The translations under genes were made by a program, and so were the position numbers. Of a DNA stretch of 64,000 bases, positions 23,456 to 35,768 are shown in pieces; positions within the stretch are counted from its first letter, which is position 1, and every line of letters begins with the position of its first letter. This DNA is from Azolla caroliniana (lineage: Eukaryota; Plantae; Polypodiophyta). The stretch lies in assembly GCA_043228905.1 (NCBI GenBank), contig JBHGNT010000003.1, forward strand, positions 4,402,001-4,466,000. The letters are read 5' to 3'. The notes beneath the pieces were generated by a model. That model did no database searches, was not told the origin of the DNA, and was given only the letters and a program-made list of their open reading frames with translations.

Positions 23456-26400
23456 TCTGGAATCAGAGCAAGGTTCTTTAACTTGCTGCTGGCTATCATC
23501 TATTTTCAACAAATCTTTTGTCCTTGTCTTCCTGAAGATCCTTAGTTCAAGATCTGATCTAGAGAAGAGAAAGAAAACGGAAGACTCACACTCTGCTTCG
23601 CTAGATCAGTCTTAAGGTTAGACACAATCTACTTGCTTGTCATAATCACTCAAAGGACATCCTGGAACAACCCCTATCCATGCTTCACTCGGCTAGAAGA
23701 CATTCGAGAGGACCATTAGGCTATGTCCCTCTCATCGTTGTAGTCATTCGAAGCAGGATAGACCTGGATAATTAGCACAAAATCTATGGTCAACATCTCT
23801 AAATCGGCATCTGAAACCTAATCAACAGATTCATATCCAACTCGACTAAGTCAATTGACTGTAGTCACTTCGGATAGAATCAACCAATAATCTAAGCCGA
23901 TTCGACTTGTGTTCAAATTCGACTAGAACAATATCAGGAGAGCTAGTCGGCTGCATCCTATCACCATTTGTAGTCGACTTTGAACAGAGTCAAGTCAACA
24001 GACATAGATGACATCAATATTCGGCTCGTAAGAGATGAGTCTAAGGAAGTTCGACGGATTGAACTTCAACTTCTCGAAGGAGCAGATGCAAGACTACCTA
24101 ATAATCAAGGGTCAGATAGATCCAATCGAGTCAGAAAATCCTCCAGAAGGAATCAAGCCGAATGAGTGTACGAAACTTGATAGAATTGTCCGAGCCACCA
24201 TTCGGATGCACTTGTCAGAGTCAGTGTACTTCATAGTGCAATCGTGTCCGACAACCTTCCAACTGTGGAAGACACTCTCGGACACCTATGAGAAGAAGGT
24301 AGCCACCACAAAGATATACCTGATTCGGCGCCTTTACAACCTTTGGATGAAAGAATCCGATTCGGTTCAGGCACACCTTAATGAGTACAAAACCCTAAGC
24401 TCCCAAATTTCGGCTTAGGGGATGACCATTGAAGATGATTTGAAAGCTATGCTGCTCATGAATACTCTCCCTCCATCGTGGGAAACCTTCGTCACAACTG
24501 TGTGCAATGCGTTGACTACCGCCATTAAGTACGCAACAATTCAGCTGAAGCAGCTCGAAGGAAATTGTTTGCAAACGATTTGGCTAATGACGCTTACGTA
24601 GTACAAGGTTCGACTGACCGACCGAACAATCGAGGAAGAAGTTCTTCCCGACAACCGAACAATCAACGAAGTCGGAGCAAGTACCAGGACAATTAGATCT
24701 ACAATTATTGCAAGAAACCGGAGCACATGAAAGCCGATTGCTGTTCACTCAAAGCTAAGAACGACAAATCTTAGCGAGCTAATCAGAAGAGTGGCCGTCA
24801 TGAGGAGGTCAATTACGTCATCTCTTTAGCCGAAGTACTGTCAATCGACCTGAATATACTATCCATTGAAAACCCAGTCGAATCAGAAGTTCTTCTTACG
24901 AGTGAGGAATTGAGCACATGTCTTTTGGATTCGTGTGCATCCTACCATGTGACCCCTCACAGATCCCAGTTTCGGCAATATTCGTCTCGACACTCCGACA
25001 TAGTAAGAGTCGTAAATTCGCAGTATTGCGCTATTACCGAAATCGGCACCGTAGAACTCAATCTCCCAAGTAGTTCTGCATTAGTACTACACAATGTCAG
25101 ACATGTACCTGAGCTCTTAAGACTTTTTATCTCAGTTTGACAGTTGGATGAAGACGACATCCATGTCAACTTCTCATAAGGAGGGTGGACACCTCACAGG
25201 GGGAATCTCCTGCTTGCTCGAGGATCAGAAGTATATTCTTTGTACCCGTTATATGTCACACTTAGAGAGGGTAACTTGTTCTTGGTTGATATTCCCGTGT
25301 CATCGCTATGGCATGGACAACTTGGACACCTCCGCAAGGTTGGCAGAATGCATTTATCTAGAGCCGAATACATCCCCAAACTCTCATTCTCCGATCATCA
25401 ATTCTGCGATCATTGCCAGTACGCCAAACAGATAGCCACATCACACTTGACAACAACACCGAGAGAATCAAGTCCACTCGATTTGGTCCACTCGGACGTC
25501 TGTGGCCCTATGCCACATCAGTCTCTCGGTGGGGTATTGTACTTCATCAGTTTTATCAATGACTCGACTTGAAAGGTGTGGGTTAATCCAATCAGAACCA
25601 AAGATCGGGTGTTCTCGGTCTTTTCCGAATGGCTCGCAATGGTAGAAAATCAGTCCAATCGAAAGCTAAAATGCCTTCGAACTGACAACGGAGGAGAGGT
25701 CAAGTCAGAAGAAGTCATCAGATTTTGCCGACAGTGTGGCATCATATATGAATACACGGCACCACACAGTTCGGAGAAGAATGGAATTGCCGAACGTATG
25801 AATCAAACAATTCAAGAACGGACAGTATCCATGCTCCAACACTCAAGACTATCAAATGGCTTTTGGGCAGAGGCCCTACTTACGGTAGTACACATAATCA
25901 ATATGTTGCCAAGTAGGCCTCTAGGACTTCGATAACCTCAAGAATTATGCACCGACAGTAGGCCGAATTATGACAAGCTGAGGATTTTCGGATGCAAGGC
26001 GTACACCCTCATACCAAAAGACGACCGCCGAAACTTGAACTGAGGTCCATGAAATGCATTTCCTTGGCTATGGACCAAACAACGAGATCGGATACCGACT
26101 CTGGGACCTCGACCACAAATAGATCATCCAAAGACGTCATACGAAGAAGCATCGGCATCCGCCGATTCGGCCACATGGCATCTGGTGATGGAGTCGGAAA
26201 TAAACTCCATTTGGCAAAATAAGACTTGGGACTTGGCCGAGCTACCGAAAAATCGATGTGCTCTTCCGTGCAAGTGGGTCTACAAATTAAAAGAGACGTC
26301 CGATTTGGCCACCCCAAAATTCAAGGCCAGGTTAGTAACAAAGGGTTTCCGGCCAGAATACGACGTCAACTTCGACGAGATTGTTTAACTAGTCGTGAAA

Positions 26401-26911
26401 ATGGTAACCCTTCGATTTCTACTCGCCATAGTGGCAACCGAGGACTTGGCGCTGATTCAGCTAGATGTAAAAATGACATTCCTCCATGGTGACCTAGAGG
26501 AGGAAATTTATATGGAGCAACCAAAAGGCTTTGTGGCATCCGACCAAGAACATCTAGTCTGCCGACTAAGGAAGAGTCTATATGGCCTGAAACAGGCACT
26601 GAGACAGTGGTACAAGAAGTTCGACGATTTTATCCAGTCGGTCAGCTTCTTAAAGAGAAATGAGGACCATTGCCTCTTCACCACAACAACTCGAGATGGG
26701 TCTCCCATCTTCCTCATCATCTATGTGGACGACATGCTACTCTCCGGTTAACATGTTAGAGAGCTTGCCAAACTTGGTCGGCAACTGCGGTTGAAGTTTT
26801 CCATGAAAGATCTCGGTCCGTCAAGACACATTCTCAAGATGAAGATAAGTCGGAATCAGAATCGACGACAACAGTTTTTGTCTCAATCTGACTATATTGG
26901 ACATGTCTTGG

Positions 26912-27554
26912 TGTTGGGAGACAGGTCCCTCCGGATGGGAAGGGAGAAGAACAGCCGGATGGTGCAGACCCGGTGTGAACCGGATGAGGAGTACCCGGCT
27001 ACGGAGAGCCGGATGGTGCAGACCCGGTGTGAACCGGATGAGGAGTACCCGGCTACGGAGAGCCGGATGACGCAGACCCGGTGAGAACCGGAGGAAGAGA
27101 CATATTCGTAAATATGTTTCTAAGAGCCCATCATGGCTATATTTGTAAATAGCCGAAAAGTAATATTAGTATAAATATGACTTAGGGCAAATATGTGTAG
27201 CGAGTTGTTGTCATTTTCTTGTTGTGGCAAGAAGAAGAGAGAACATGTAATAGTGTACAGAGAGAGAGAGAGAAAGAAAGAGGTCGCTGCCTCTGTTGTA
27301 ACCACCGCCTGTGGCGAAGATCGTGAGTACGAGGTCGTTGCCTCCGTGAACTCACTGTTTTGTACATTCCAACATAGTGATAGTTTGCGGCCTGTGGGCT
27401 ACTGTGGTTTTTTCCCTCTTTGGGTTTTCCACGTAAACATTCTGTGTACCTTTTCTCTCCTTTGTGTCGCGTACATTTGTTCCTGTTTTTTGTGTATCAT
27501 TCTAAGCTCGGTTGTGGCCGAGCGTAGCGCATAAGGAGCGTTGAGTTCCCGTCA
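26912..27554 (+). repeat. 5' LTR of E2 (643 bp; two full 54-bp U3 repeats plus a partial one)
   Basis: TGTTGG...CCGTCA; repeat units start at 26953, 27007 and 27061. Confidence 0.96.
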
Positions 27555-30336
27555 AGTGGTATCAGAGCGAAACAACACAGAAATATGGACGAAACGTTTG
27601 GCGGCATGTTCAAGCTCACCGGCTCCAACTATTCGGTATGGAAGTCGAAGATGAGGGACATGCTCGTGGTTAAAGACCTCTGGCTGCCGGTTCAGTTCGG
27701 GGACAAGAGACCGGACAAAATCGACGCTGCGATATGGGAGGTGATGCACATGAAGACAACGGCGTACATACGATGCTTCATCGACATGAGCCTGTACAAC
27801 AACTTCAATGAAGAGAGCAAGGCTCATGAGCTCTGGGAGAAGATCAGCATAATGTTTCAGAACAAAAATGCTGTTAATCAGGTGTCGGTATTCCGGAAGC
27901 TAGTAAGACTCCGGTACCAAGATGGCTCCAGCATGGCGGAGCACATGAATGCCTTCCAGGGGCTGATCCACTAGGCAACTTCATTGGAATTACCTCTCGC
28001 CGATGAGGTACTTGCGCTACTCCTGCTGGGTTCCCTCCCGGACAGCTGGGAGACGTTGGTTGTCACTTTGGGCAACGCCGGGCCGGAAGGAAAGCGGTTA
28101 TCCCTAGCAAGAGTGAAGTCGAGCCTGCTAGATGAGGAGGCGCGTCAGAAAGATAAAGATACGAGCTCCGACTCCAAAGCGCTCCTTACCGAATTGGAAC
28201 GCGGAAGACATAGAAACCGTAGTCCCCAGAACCGGGAGAAGTCGGGGACACGATCAAAGTTGTGGCAAGAAGAAGAGAGAACATGTAATAGTGTACAGAG
28301 AGAGAGAGAGAAAGAAAGAGGTCGCTGCCTCTGTTGTAACCACCGCCTGTGGCGAAGATCGTGAGTACGAGGTCGTTGCCTCCGTGAACTCACTGTTTTG
28401 TACATTCCAACATAGTGATAGTTTGCGGCCTGTGGGCTACTGTGGTTTTTTCCCTCTTTGGGTTTTCCACGTAAACATTCTGTGTACCTTTTCTCTCCTT
28501 TGTGTCGCGTACATTTGTTCCTGTTTTTTGTGTATCATTCTAAGCTCGGTTGTGGCCGAGCGTAGCGCATAAGGAGCGTTGAGTTCCCGTCAAGTGGTAT
28601 CAGAGCGAAACAACACAGAAATATGGACGAAACGTTTGGCGGCATGTTCAAGCTCACCGGCTCCAACTATTCGGTATGGAAGTCGAAGATGAGGGACATG
28701 CTCGTGGTTAAAGACCTCTGGCTGCCGGTTCAGTTCGGGGACAAGAGACCGGACAAAATCGACGCTGCGATATGGGAGGTGATGCACATGAAGACAACGG
28801 CGTACATACGATGCTTCATCGACATGAGCCTGTACAACAACTTCAATGAAGAGAGCAAGGCTCATGAGCTCTGGGAGAAGATCAGCATAATGTTTCAGAA
28901 CAAAAATGCTGTTAATCAGGTGTCGGTATTCCGGAAGCTAGTAAGACTCCGGTACCAAGATGGCTCCAGCATGGCGGAGCACATGAATGCCTTCCAGGGG
29001 CTGATCCACTAGGCAACTTCATTGGAATTACCTCTCGCCGATGAGGTACTTGCGCTACTCCTGCTGGGTTCCCTCCCGGACAGCTGGGAGACGTTGGTTG
29101 TCACTTTGGGCAACGCCGGGCCGGAAGGAAAGCGGTTATCCCTAGCAAGAGTGAAGTCGAGCCTGCTAGATGAGGAGGCGCGTCAGAAAGATAAAGATAC
29201 GAGCTCCGACTCCAAAGCGCTCCTTACCGAATTGGAACGCGGAAGACATAGAAACCGTAGTCCCCAGAACCGGGAGAAGTCGGGGACACGATCAAAGTTG
29301 TGGCAAGAAGAAGAGAGAACATGTAATAGTGTACAGAGAGAGAGAGAGAAAGAAAGAGGTCGCTGCCTCTGTTGTAACCACCGCCTGTGGCGAAGATCGT
29401 GAGTACGAGGTCGTTGCCTCCGTGAACTCACTGTTTTGTACATTCCAACATAGTGATAGTTTGCGTCCTGTGGGCTACTGTGGTTTTTTCCCTCTTTGGG
29501 TTTTCCACGTAAACATTCTGTGTACCTTTTCTCTCCTTTGTGTCACGTACATTTGTTCCTGTTTTTTGTGTATCATTCTAAGCTCGGTTGTGGCCGAGCG
29601 TAGCGCATAAGGAGCGTTGAGTTCCCGTCAAGTGGTATCAGAGCGAAACAACACAGAAATATGGACGAAACGTTTGGCGGCATGTTCAAGCTCACCGGCT
29701 CCAACTATTCGGTATGGAAGTCGAAGATGAGGGACATGCTCGTGGTTAAAGACCTCTGGCTGCCGGTTCAGTTCGGGGACAAGAGACCGGACAAAATCGA
29801 CGCTGCGATATGGGAGGTGATGCACATGAAGACAACGGCGTACATACGATGCTTCATCGACATGAGCCTGTACAACAACTTCAATGAAGAGAGCAAGGCT
29901 CATGAGCTCTGGGAGAAGATCAGCATAATGTTTCAGAACAAAAATGCTGTTAATCAGGTGTCGGTATTCCGGAAGCTAGTAAGACTCCGGTACCAAGATG
30001 GCTCCAGCATGGCGGAGCACATGAATGCCTTCCAGGGGCTGATCCACTAGGCAACTTCATTGGAATTACCTCTCGCCGATGAGGTACTTGCGCTACTCCT
30101 GCTGGGTTCCCTCCCGGACAGCTGGGAGACGTTGGTTGTCACTTTGGGCAACGCCGGGCCGGAAGGAAAGCGGTTATCCCTAGCAAGAGTGAAGTCGAGC
30201 CTGCTAGATGAGGAGGCGCGTCAGAAAGATAAAGATACGAGGTCCGACTCCAAAGCGCTCCTTACCGAATTGGAACGCGGAAGACATAGAAACCGTAGTC
30301 CCCAGAACCGGGAGAAGTCGGGGACACGATCAAAGT
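27221..30336 (+). repeat. Three tandem copies of a 1038-bp unit (3' half of LTR, PBS, 5' gag)
   Basis: Units start at 27221, 28259 and 29297. Identical ORFs at 27585, 28623 and 29661. 2-bp GT junction microhomology. Confidence 0.97.
27557..27568 (+). promoter_or_regulatory. tRNA-iMet PBS of E2, repeated at 28595 and 29633
   Basis: TGGTATCAGAGC located 2 nt after the LTR end. Confidence 0.95.
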
Positions 30337-33300
30337 CAAGGGGGAGGCCCACTTGCTTCTATTGCGGCAAGCCGGGACACTTCCAAAAGAGCTGTCGGCA
30401 TTTCCGAAAAGATAAGGAGACCGACGGTACCGATTTGAAGCGAACCCCGGACCGGAACGGTAAAGACCGGAGGGGGCCGGACCGGAAGGGGACAACGGCA
30501 ATCGCGGCAAGTGAAGAAGAGTTGGTGCTCATCACCGAGGAGAGTGAGATAAACCTTGCCGGCGACGAGATGACCTGGGTGGTAGACACCGGAGCATCGT
30601 TCCACCTCACCCCGAACCGGAAATGCTTCTCATCCTACTCAGCCGGTGATCACGGCTGTGTCCGGATGGGGAATGAAGGTACATGCCGAATTGTCGGCAT
30701 AGGAGACGTGTGGCTGTCGACACCAACCGGATGCAAGTTGCTGCCGAGGGAAGTTCGACACGTTCCGGAGGTTCGACTGAACCTGATATGAGCCGGTCGG
30801 CTAGATGATGAGGGCTACATGGGTAGCATCCGGAACGGTGTCATGAAGTTCAGCAAAGGGAGCTTGATTGTGGCTCGGGCCCGGAAGGTAAACACACTGT
30901 ACCTGATGAATGCCCGGTTATGCCCTGAAGAAGTGAACGTGGCTTCCGACACTGCCGGTGAGCTGTGGCACAAGAGACTGTGTCATATGAGCGAGAAGGG
31001 GATGAAGAGGCTTGCAGACGACAACCTCATTCCAGTGAAGAACGTGCACTTGGAGAAGTGTGTTGATTGTCTGGCCGGTAAGCAAAACCGGACCTCCTTC
31101 CGACCAAGGCCACCGATGAGACGTAATGCACCACTGGAGTTGGTGCATACGGATTTGTGTTAGGTAGACACGAAGTCACATGCCGGAGCGCAGTACTTTG
31201 TGACGTTCATAGATGACCACAGCCGGAAGCTGTGGGCCACACCGTTGAAGACGAAGGATTAGGTGTTATCCGTCTTCAAAGAGCTCCACGCAAGAGTGGA
31301 AAGAGAAACCGGTCGGAAGCTGAAGGCGGTTCAAGGAGTACTGCCGCTCGAAGGGAATCCGACTCGAATTTACCATGCCGAAGACGCCGAAACTAAACGG
31401 ACTGGCCGAGAGGATGAACCGGACCATAATGGAGAGGGTCCGGAGTATGCTAGCGCATGCAAAACTACCCAAGAAGTTTTGGGCTGAGGCATTGTCGACG
31501 GCAACATACGTGATAAACAGATCACCCTCAGTACCCTTGGACGGAGACACGCCACAGAGAGTTTGGACCGGTAAGGAAGTATCCTACCGGCATCTGAAGG
31601 TGTTCGGGTGTCTCGCGTACGTGCATGTAGCTAAGGACCGGAGAGGAAAGTTAGACCCAAAGACCCGGCCATGCATATTCCTCTGTTACGGCGACGATGA
31701 GTTCGGCTACCGAGTGTGGGACCCGGTCGACAAGAAGGTATTCCGGAGTCGAGATATTATCTTCATGGAGGACAAGACGCTCGCCGACTGGGAGTCGGAG
31801 AAAAAGATAATGAACTTCGAGTCGACCGGTAAGGATCGATTCTACGATGAGCAGACCCACCCGGCAAGAGACCGGTTAGCACTCGAGGGACCAGCCTGTT
31901 ACGGTGAGGATACCGAACAGGCTGAAGGAGAAGTAGAGGAAGCAGAAACCGGAACCGACCAAGACCCCGAATCAGATTCGGATGAAGAGCAGAGTGGTGA
32001 GCTGGTCACCGAAGCCCAGAGACGGAGATATCCTCTCAGAGAGAGAAGGGCCCCCCGGAGATTTCCGGAGGCAAAGCATGTTCTGCTGACCGATGAAGGG
32101 GAACCGGAAAGCTTCGAAGAAGCGAAGGAAGACACCCACAGCCGAAAATGGTTAAGTGCCATGCAGGATGAGATGGATTCCCTGCATGAGAACCATACGT
32201 ACGAATTGGTGGAGTTGCCGAAAGGAAAGCGGGCACTCCGAAACAAGTGGGTGTACAAGTTGAAACCGGGAGATGCCGACAACCCCCCGAGATACAAAGC
32301 CAGGATCGTGGTGAAGGGGTTCCAGTAGAAGAAGGGCGTTGACTTCGACGAGATATTTGCCCCGGTAGTAAAGATGACCTCCATCCGGACGGTGCTGAGT
32401 ATAGCAGCAAGCATGGACCTCGAGGTAGACTAGCTGGACGTGAAGACGACATTCCTTCACGGCGACCTCGAAGAGGAGATCTACATGCAGCAACCGGAAG
32501 GATTCGTGGAGAAAGGGAAGGAGCACCTGGTATGCCGGTTGAAGAAGAGCCTGTACGAACTAAAGCAGGCTCCCCGACAATGGTATCGGAAGTTCGACCC
32601 CTTCATGACCGATCAAGGGTACCACAAGACGCAGGCCGATCACTGCGTGTTTGTGAAGAAGTTCGAAGGAGGCGACTTCTTGATACTCCTTCTGTACGTG
32701 GATGACATGTTGATCGTCGGACGTGACTAAGTCAAAATACGGATGCTGAAGAAGGCTCTCAACCGGACCTTCTCAATGAAAGACTTGGGTCCGGCAAGAC
32801 AGATGCAAGGGATGCACATCATCCGGAACTGGTCAAAGAAGCAATTATGGCTATCACAGGAGAAGTACGTGACAAAGGTGCTTCACCGGTTCAACATGTA
32901 AGATGCGAAACCGGTCGGATCGACACTTCCGACAAACTGCAAGCTATCCGGCAAGCAAAGCTCGAAGACGAAAGCAGAGAAGGCGGATATGCCATATGCC
33001 TCTGCCGTCAGGAGCTTGATGTACGCAATGGTGTGTACCCGACCGGATATAGGATACGCAGTCGGAGTGGTGAGTCGGTTTATGAGCAATCCTGGCAAGG
33101 AGCACTGGAACGTGGTCAAATGGATAATCCGGTATTTGAAGGGCACTTCAAATATGTGTCTCCGATTCGGCTCCGGAAGACCTCAACCTGACGGTTTCAC
33201 CGACTCGGACATGTCGGCTGATGTGGATACCAGCCGGTCTACATCTGGGTATGTAATGACTTATGCAGGGGGAGCTGTTTCGTGGCAATCGAGGCTGCAG

Positions 33301-33663
33301 AAGACGGTTGCATTGTCAACCACAGAGGCGGAGTACATGGCGGCTGTGGAAGCCGGCAAGGAAATATTATGGATGAAGGACTTCATCGGAGAGCTCGGTA
33401 TCCGGCAAGAGGAATACCGACTCTATTGCGACAGTCAAAGTGCCATCCACCTTGCTAAGAATGCGGCCTACCATTCTCGGACGAAGCATATCCAACGAAG
33501 ATATCACTGGATCCGGGAAAGAGTAGATGACCAGGAGTTCGCGCTGACGAAGATCCACACGACCGAGAGCGGGTCAGATATGCTGACCAAAGTTCTGATA
33601 CCCGACAAGTTGGATGCATGCCGGAAGCGGATCAGACTGATAAGACACCCCATGCCGGAGTGA
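29661..33663 (+). pseudogene. E2 gag-pol polyprotein with several nonsense mutations and a small integrase deletion
   Basis: CFYCGKPGHFQKSC, WVVDTGAS, LWHKRLCH, NGLAERMNRT, YVDD, RTKHI motifs. Confidence 0.93.
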
Positions 33664-33673
33664 AGGGGGAGTT

Positions 33674-34368
33674 TGTTGGGAGACAGGTCCCTCCGGATGG
33701 GAAGGGAGAAGAACAGCCGGATGGTGCAGACCCGGTGTGAACCGGATGAGGAGTACCCGGCTACGGACAGCCGGATGGTGCAGACCCGGTGTGGACCGGA
33801 TGAGGAGTACCCGGCTACGGAGAGCCGGATGGTGCAGACCCGGTGTGAACCGGATGAGGAGTACCTGGCTACAGAGAGCCAGATGATGAAGACCCGGTGA
33901 GAACCGGAGGAAGAGACATATTCGTAAATATGTTTCTGAGAGCCCATCGTGGCTATATTTGTAAATAGCTGAAAAGTCATATTAGTATAAATATGACTTA
34001 GGACAAATATGTGTAGCGAATTGTTGTCATTTTCTTGTTGGTGCAAGAAGAAGAGAGAACACGTAATAGTGTACAGAGAGAGAGAGAAAGAAAGAGGTCG
34101 CTGCCTCTGTTGTAACCGCCGCCTGTGGCGAAGATCGTGAGTACGAGGTCGTTGCCTCCGTGAACTCACTGTTTTGTACATTCCAACATAGTGATAGTTT
34201 GCTGCCTGTGGGCTGCCGTGGTTTTTTCCCTCTTTGGGTTTTCCACATAAACATTCTGTGTACCTTTTCTCTCCTTTGTGTCGCATACATTTGTTCCCGT
34301 TTTCTATGTATCATTCTAAGCTCGGTTGTGGCCGAGCGTAGCGCATAAGGAGCGTTGAGTTCCCGTCA
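33674..34368 (+). repeat. 3' LTR of E2 (695 bp; three full 54-bp repeats plus a partial one)
   Basis: Follows the PPT; repeat of the 5' LTR with one extra U3 unit. Confidence 0.96.
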
Positions 34369-35377
34369 CTTGGAACGCTTTCACATGCAATTGGCTAAAT
34401 CTGCTTCGACCCCGCTCCTAATTAGTCTTTGGCTATCTCAATGAGACTGCCCCACATCCAGTCCGGAGGGGGAAATTATGAAGTCAGTACCGTGTGCACC
34501 AACAATCGGCTCCTTAATGTACACGATGGTTGCGACACGGCTTGATATTGTTCACGGCATTGGAGTCGTTAGCAGATTCATGCATAACCCCGGACGATTG
34601 CATTGGAATGCAATAAAGCACGTGTTCAGATATCGAGTGGGCACAAAAGACTATGGCATCCTATTCGGTCCAAATGACACTTCAAACGTAGTCAGATACA
34701 CTGACTTGAATGTTGCCGGCTGTGTGGACAATTGAAAATTGACAACTAGATACGCTTTCATATTCGACAATGGAGTGATTTCGTGGAAATTGAAACTTCA
34801 GAAGTGTACTGCCACATCAACGACCTAGGCCGAATATGTAGCCGCGTCCGATGCGACGAAGTAGGCCTTATGGCCTGGTCTGCTAGCTTGCATGTTTTGA
34901 CAAGTTGAATACGATTCAGCTCTAGTTGTCTACAACGACAGTCAGGGTGTTGTCGCTTTGTTGAAAAATCTAGTTCAACACAACGCCTCAAAACACAGTG
35001 ATGTGAGATATCACTTTGTTCGGGTCTGCGTCATTTCGGGGAAAATCAGCCTGAAGAAGATACCTATAGCCGATAATGTCGTAGATGGGATGACCAAGTG
35101 TCTTTCGGCGTATCGATTTCGATCCCTTCGGCACCAGATGGGCATAATGAAGAATCAGGCCAATTGAATCAGACACTCAAGATGGTTTCGAACAATCATC
35201 ACCGACAGTTCGAGGTTCGGTCTCATTTCCTTCGACCCTGGCCAATTCGGCCTTCTGTTTTTCGGAGTTTACCCACTCGAACAGAAATATGATTTGTTCG
35301 ACGACCTTGTACAAATCTGTATTGTCCATTTACTTTCTTTATTAAGATTTCTGTTGTATACGCCCATTACGGGGGTG

Positions 35378-35693
35378 TGTTGAATACTGGTCTATAATGG
35401 CCGTATTCACATTGTATCTTGGAGAAACTAGATTTAGGACAATTTTGTAAATATGTCAAAAGGTGGTTTCCCTAGCCTAGTTAGTATATATTGGGCTTTG
35501 TAATCTAGTTTGTTTTTTGGGTTGTTATTGCCATTCGTTGGTAGCTTGGAGCTTGAATAAAACAGTTACATCTTGTGTGCCTCTTTGTATCTCCATCTCT
35601 GTTTCTCTCTCTCACGTTGTCTATCTAATCTTGCTACTTCTACCTTGCTAACTAGGTGATCTTTATCTCAAGGAGTTGTTTATGTTTCCGCTC
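35378..35693 (+). repeat. 3' LTR of E1, end-truncated
   Basis: Matches 23105-~23434; preceded by GGGGGTG. Confidence 0.9.
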
Positions 35694-35768
35694 TTGACAC
35701 CTCTCTATCTCTAGGACTAATCCTGATAGTACTCTCTCTCTAGTACTAATCCTCTTGGTCTCTAGTAC

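Larger units (their letters stand above)
26912..34368 (+). mobile_element. Element E2: structurally complete Ty1/Copia with a triplicated 5' segment
   Basis: LTRs 26912-27554 and 33674-34368, 5-bp TSD CTTGG (26907-26911 and 34369-34373), PBS TGGTATCAGAGC, PPT GAAGGGGGAG, gag-PR-INT-RT-RH order. Confidence 0.97.
23105..35693 (+). mobile_element. Element E1: old Ty1/Copia (Tnt1/Tork-like), interrupted by E2
   Basis: LTRs 23105-23455 and 35378-~35693, the 3' copy lacking its last ~22 bp. PBS TGGAATCAGAGC (degenerate tRNA-Met). Gag-PR-INT-RT 24035-26911, RT/RNase H 34374-35167. Confidence 0.93.

Noticed and set aside
26953-27090. 54-bp repeats as a CRISPR array
   Set aside because: Head-to-tail LTR U3 repeats with no unique spacers, no cas genes and a eukaryotic TE context.
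27972-27974. TAG conserved in three gag copies as functional readthrough
   Set aside because: The copies come from a local duplication, and sister element F has CAG.
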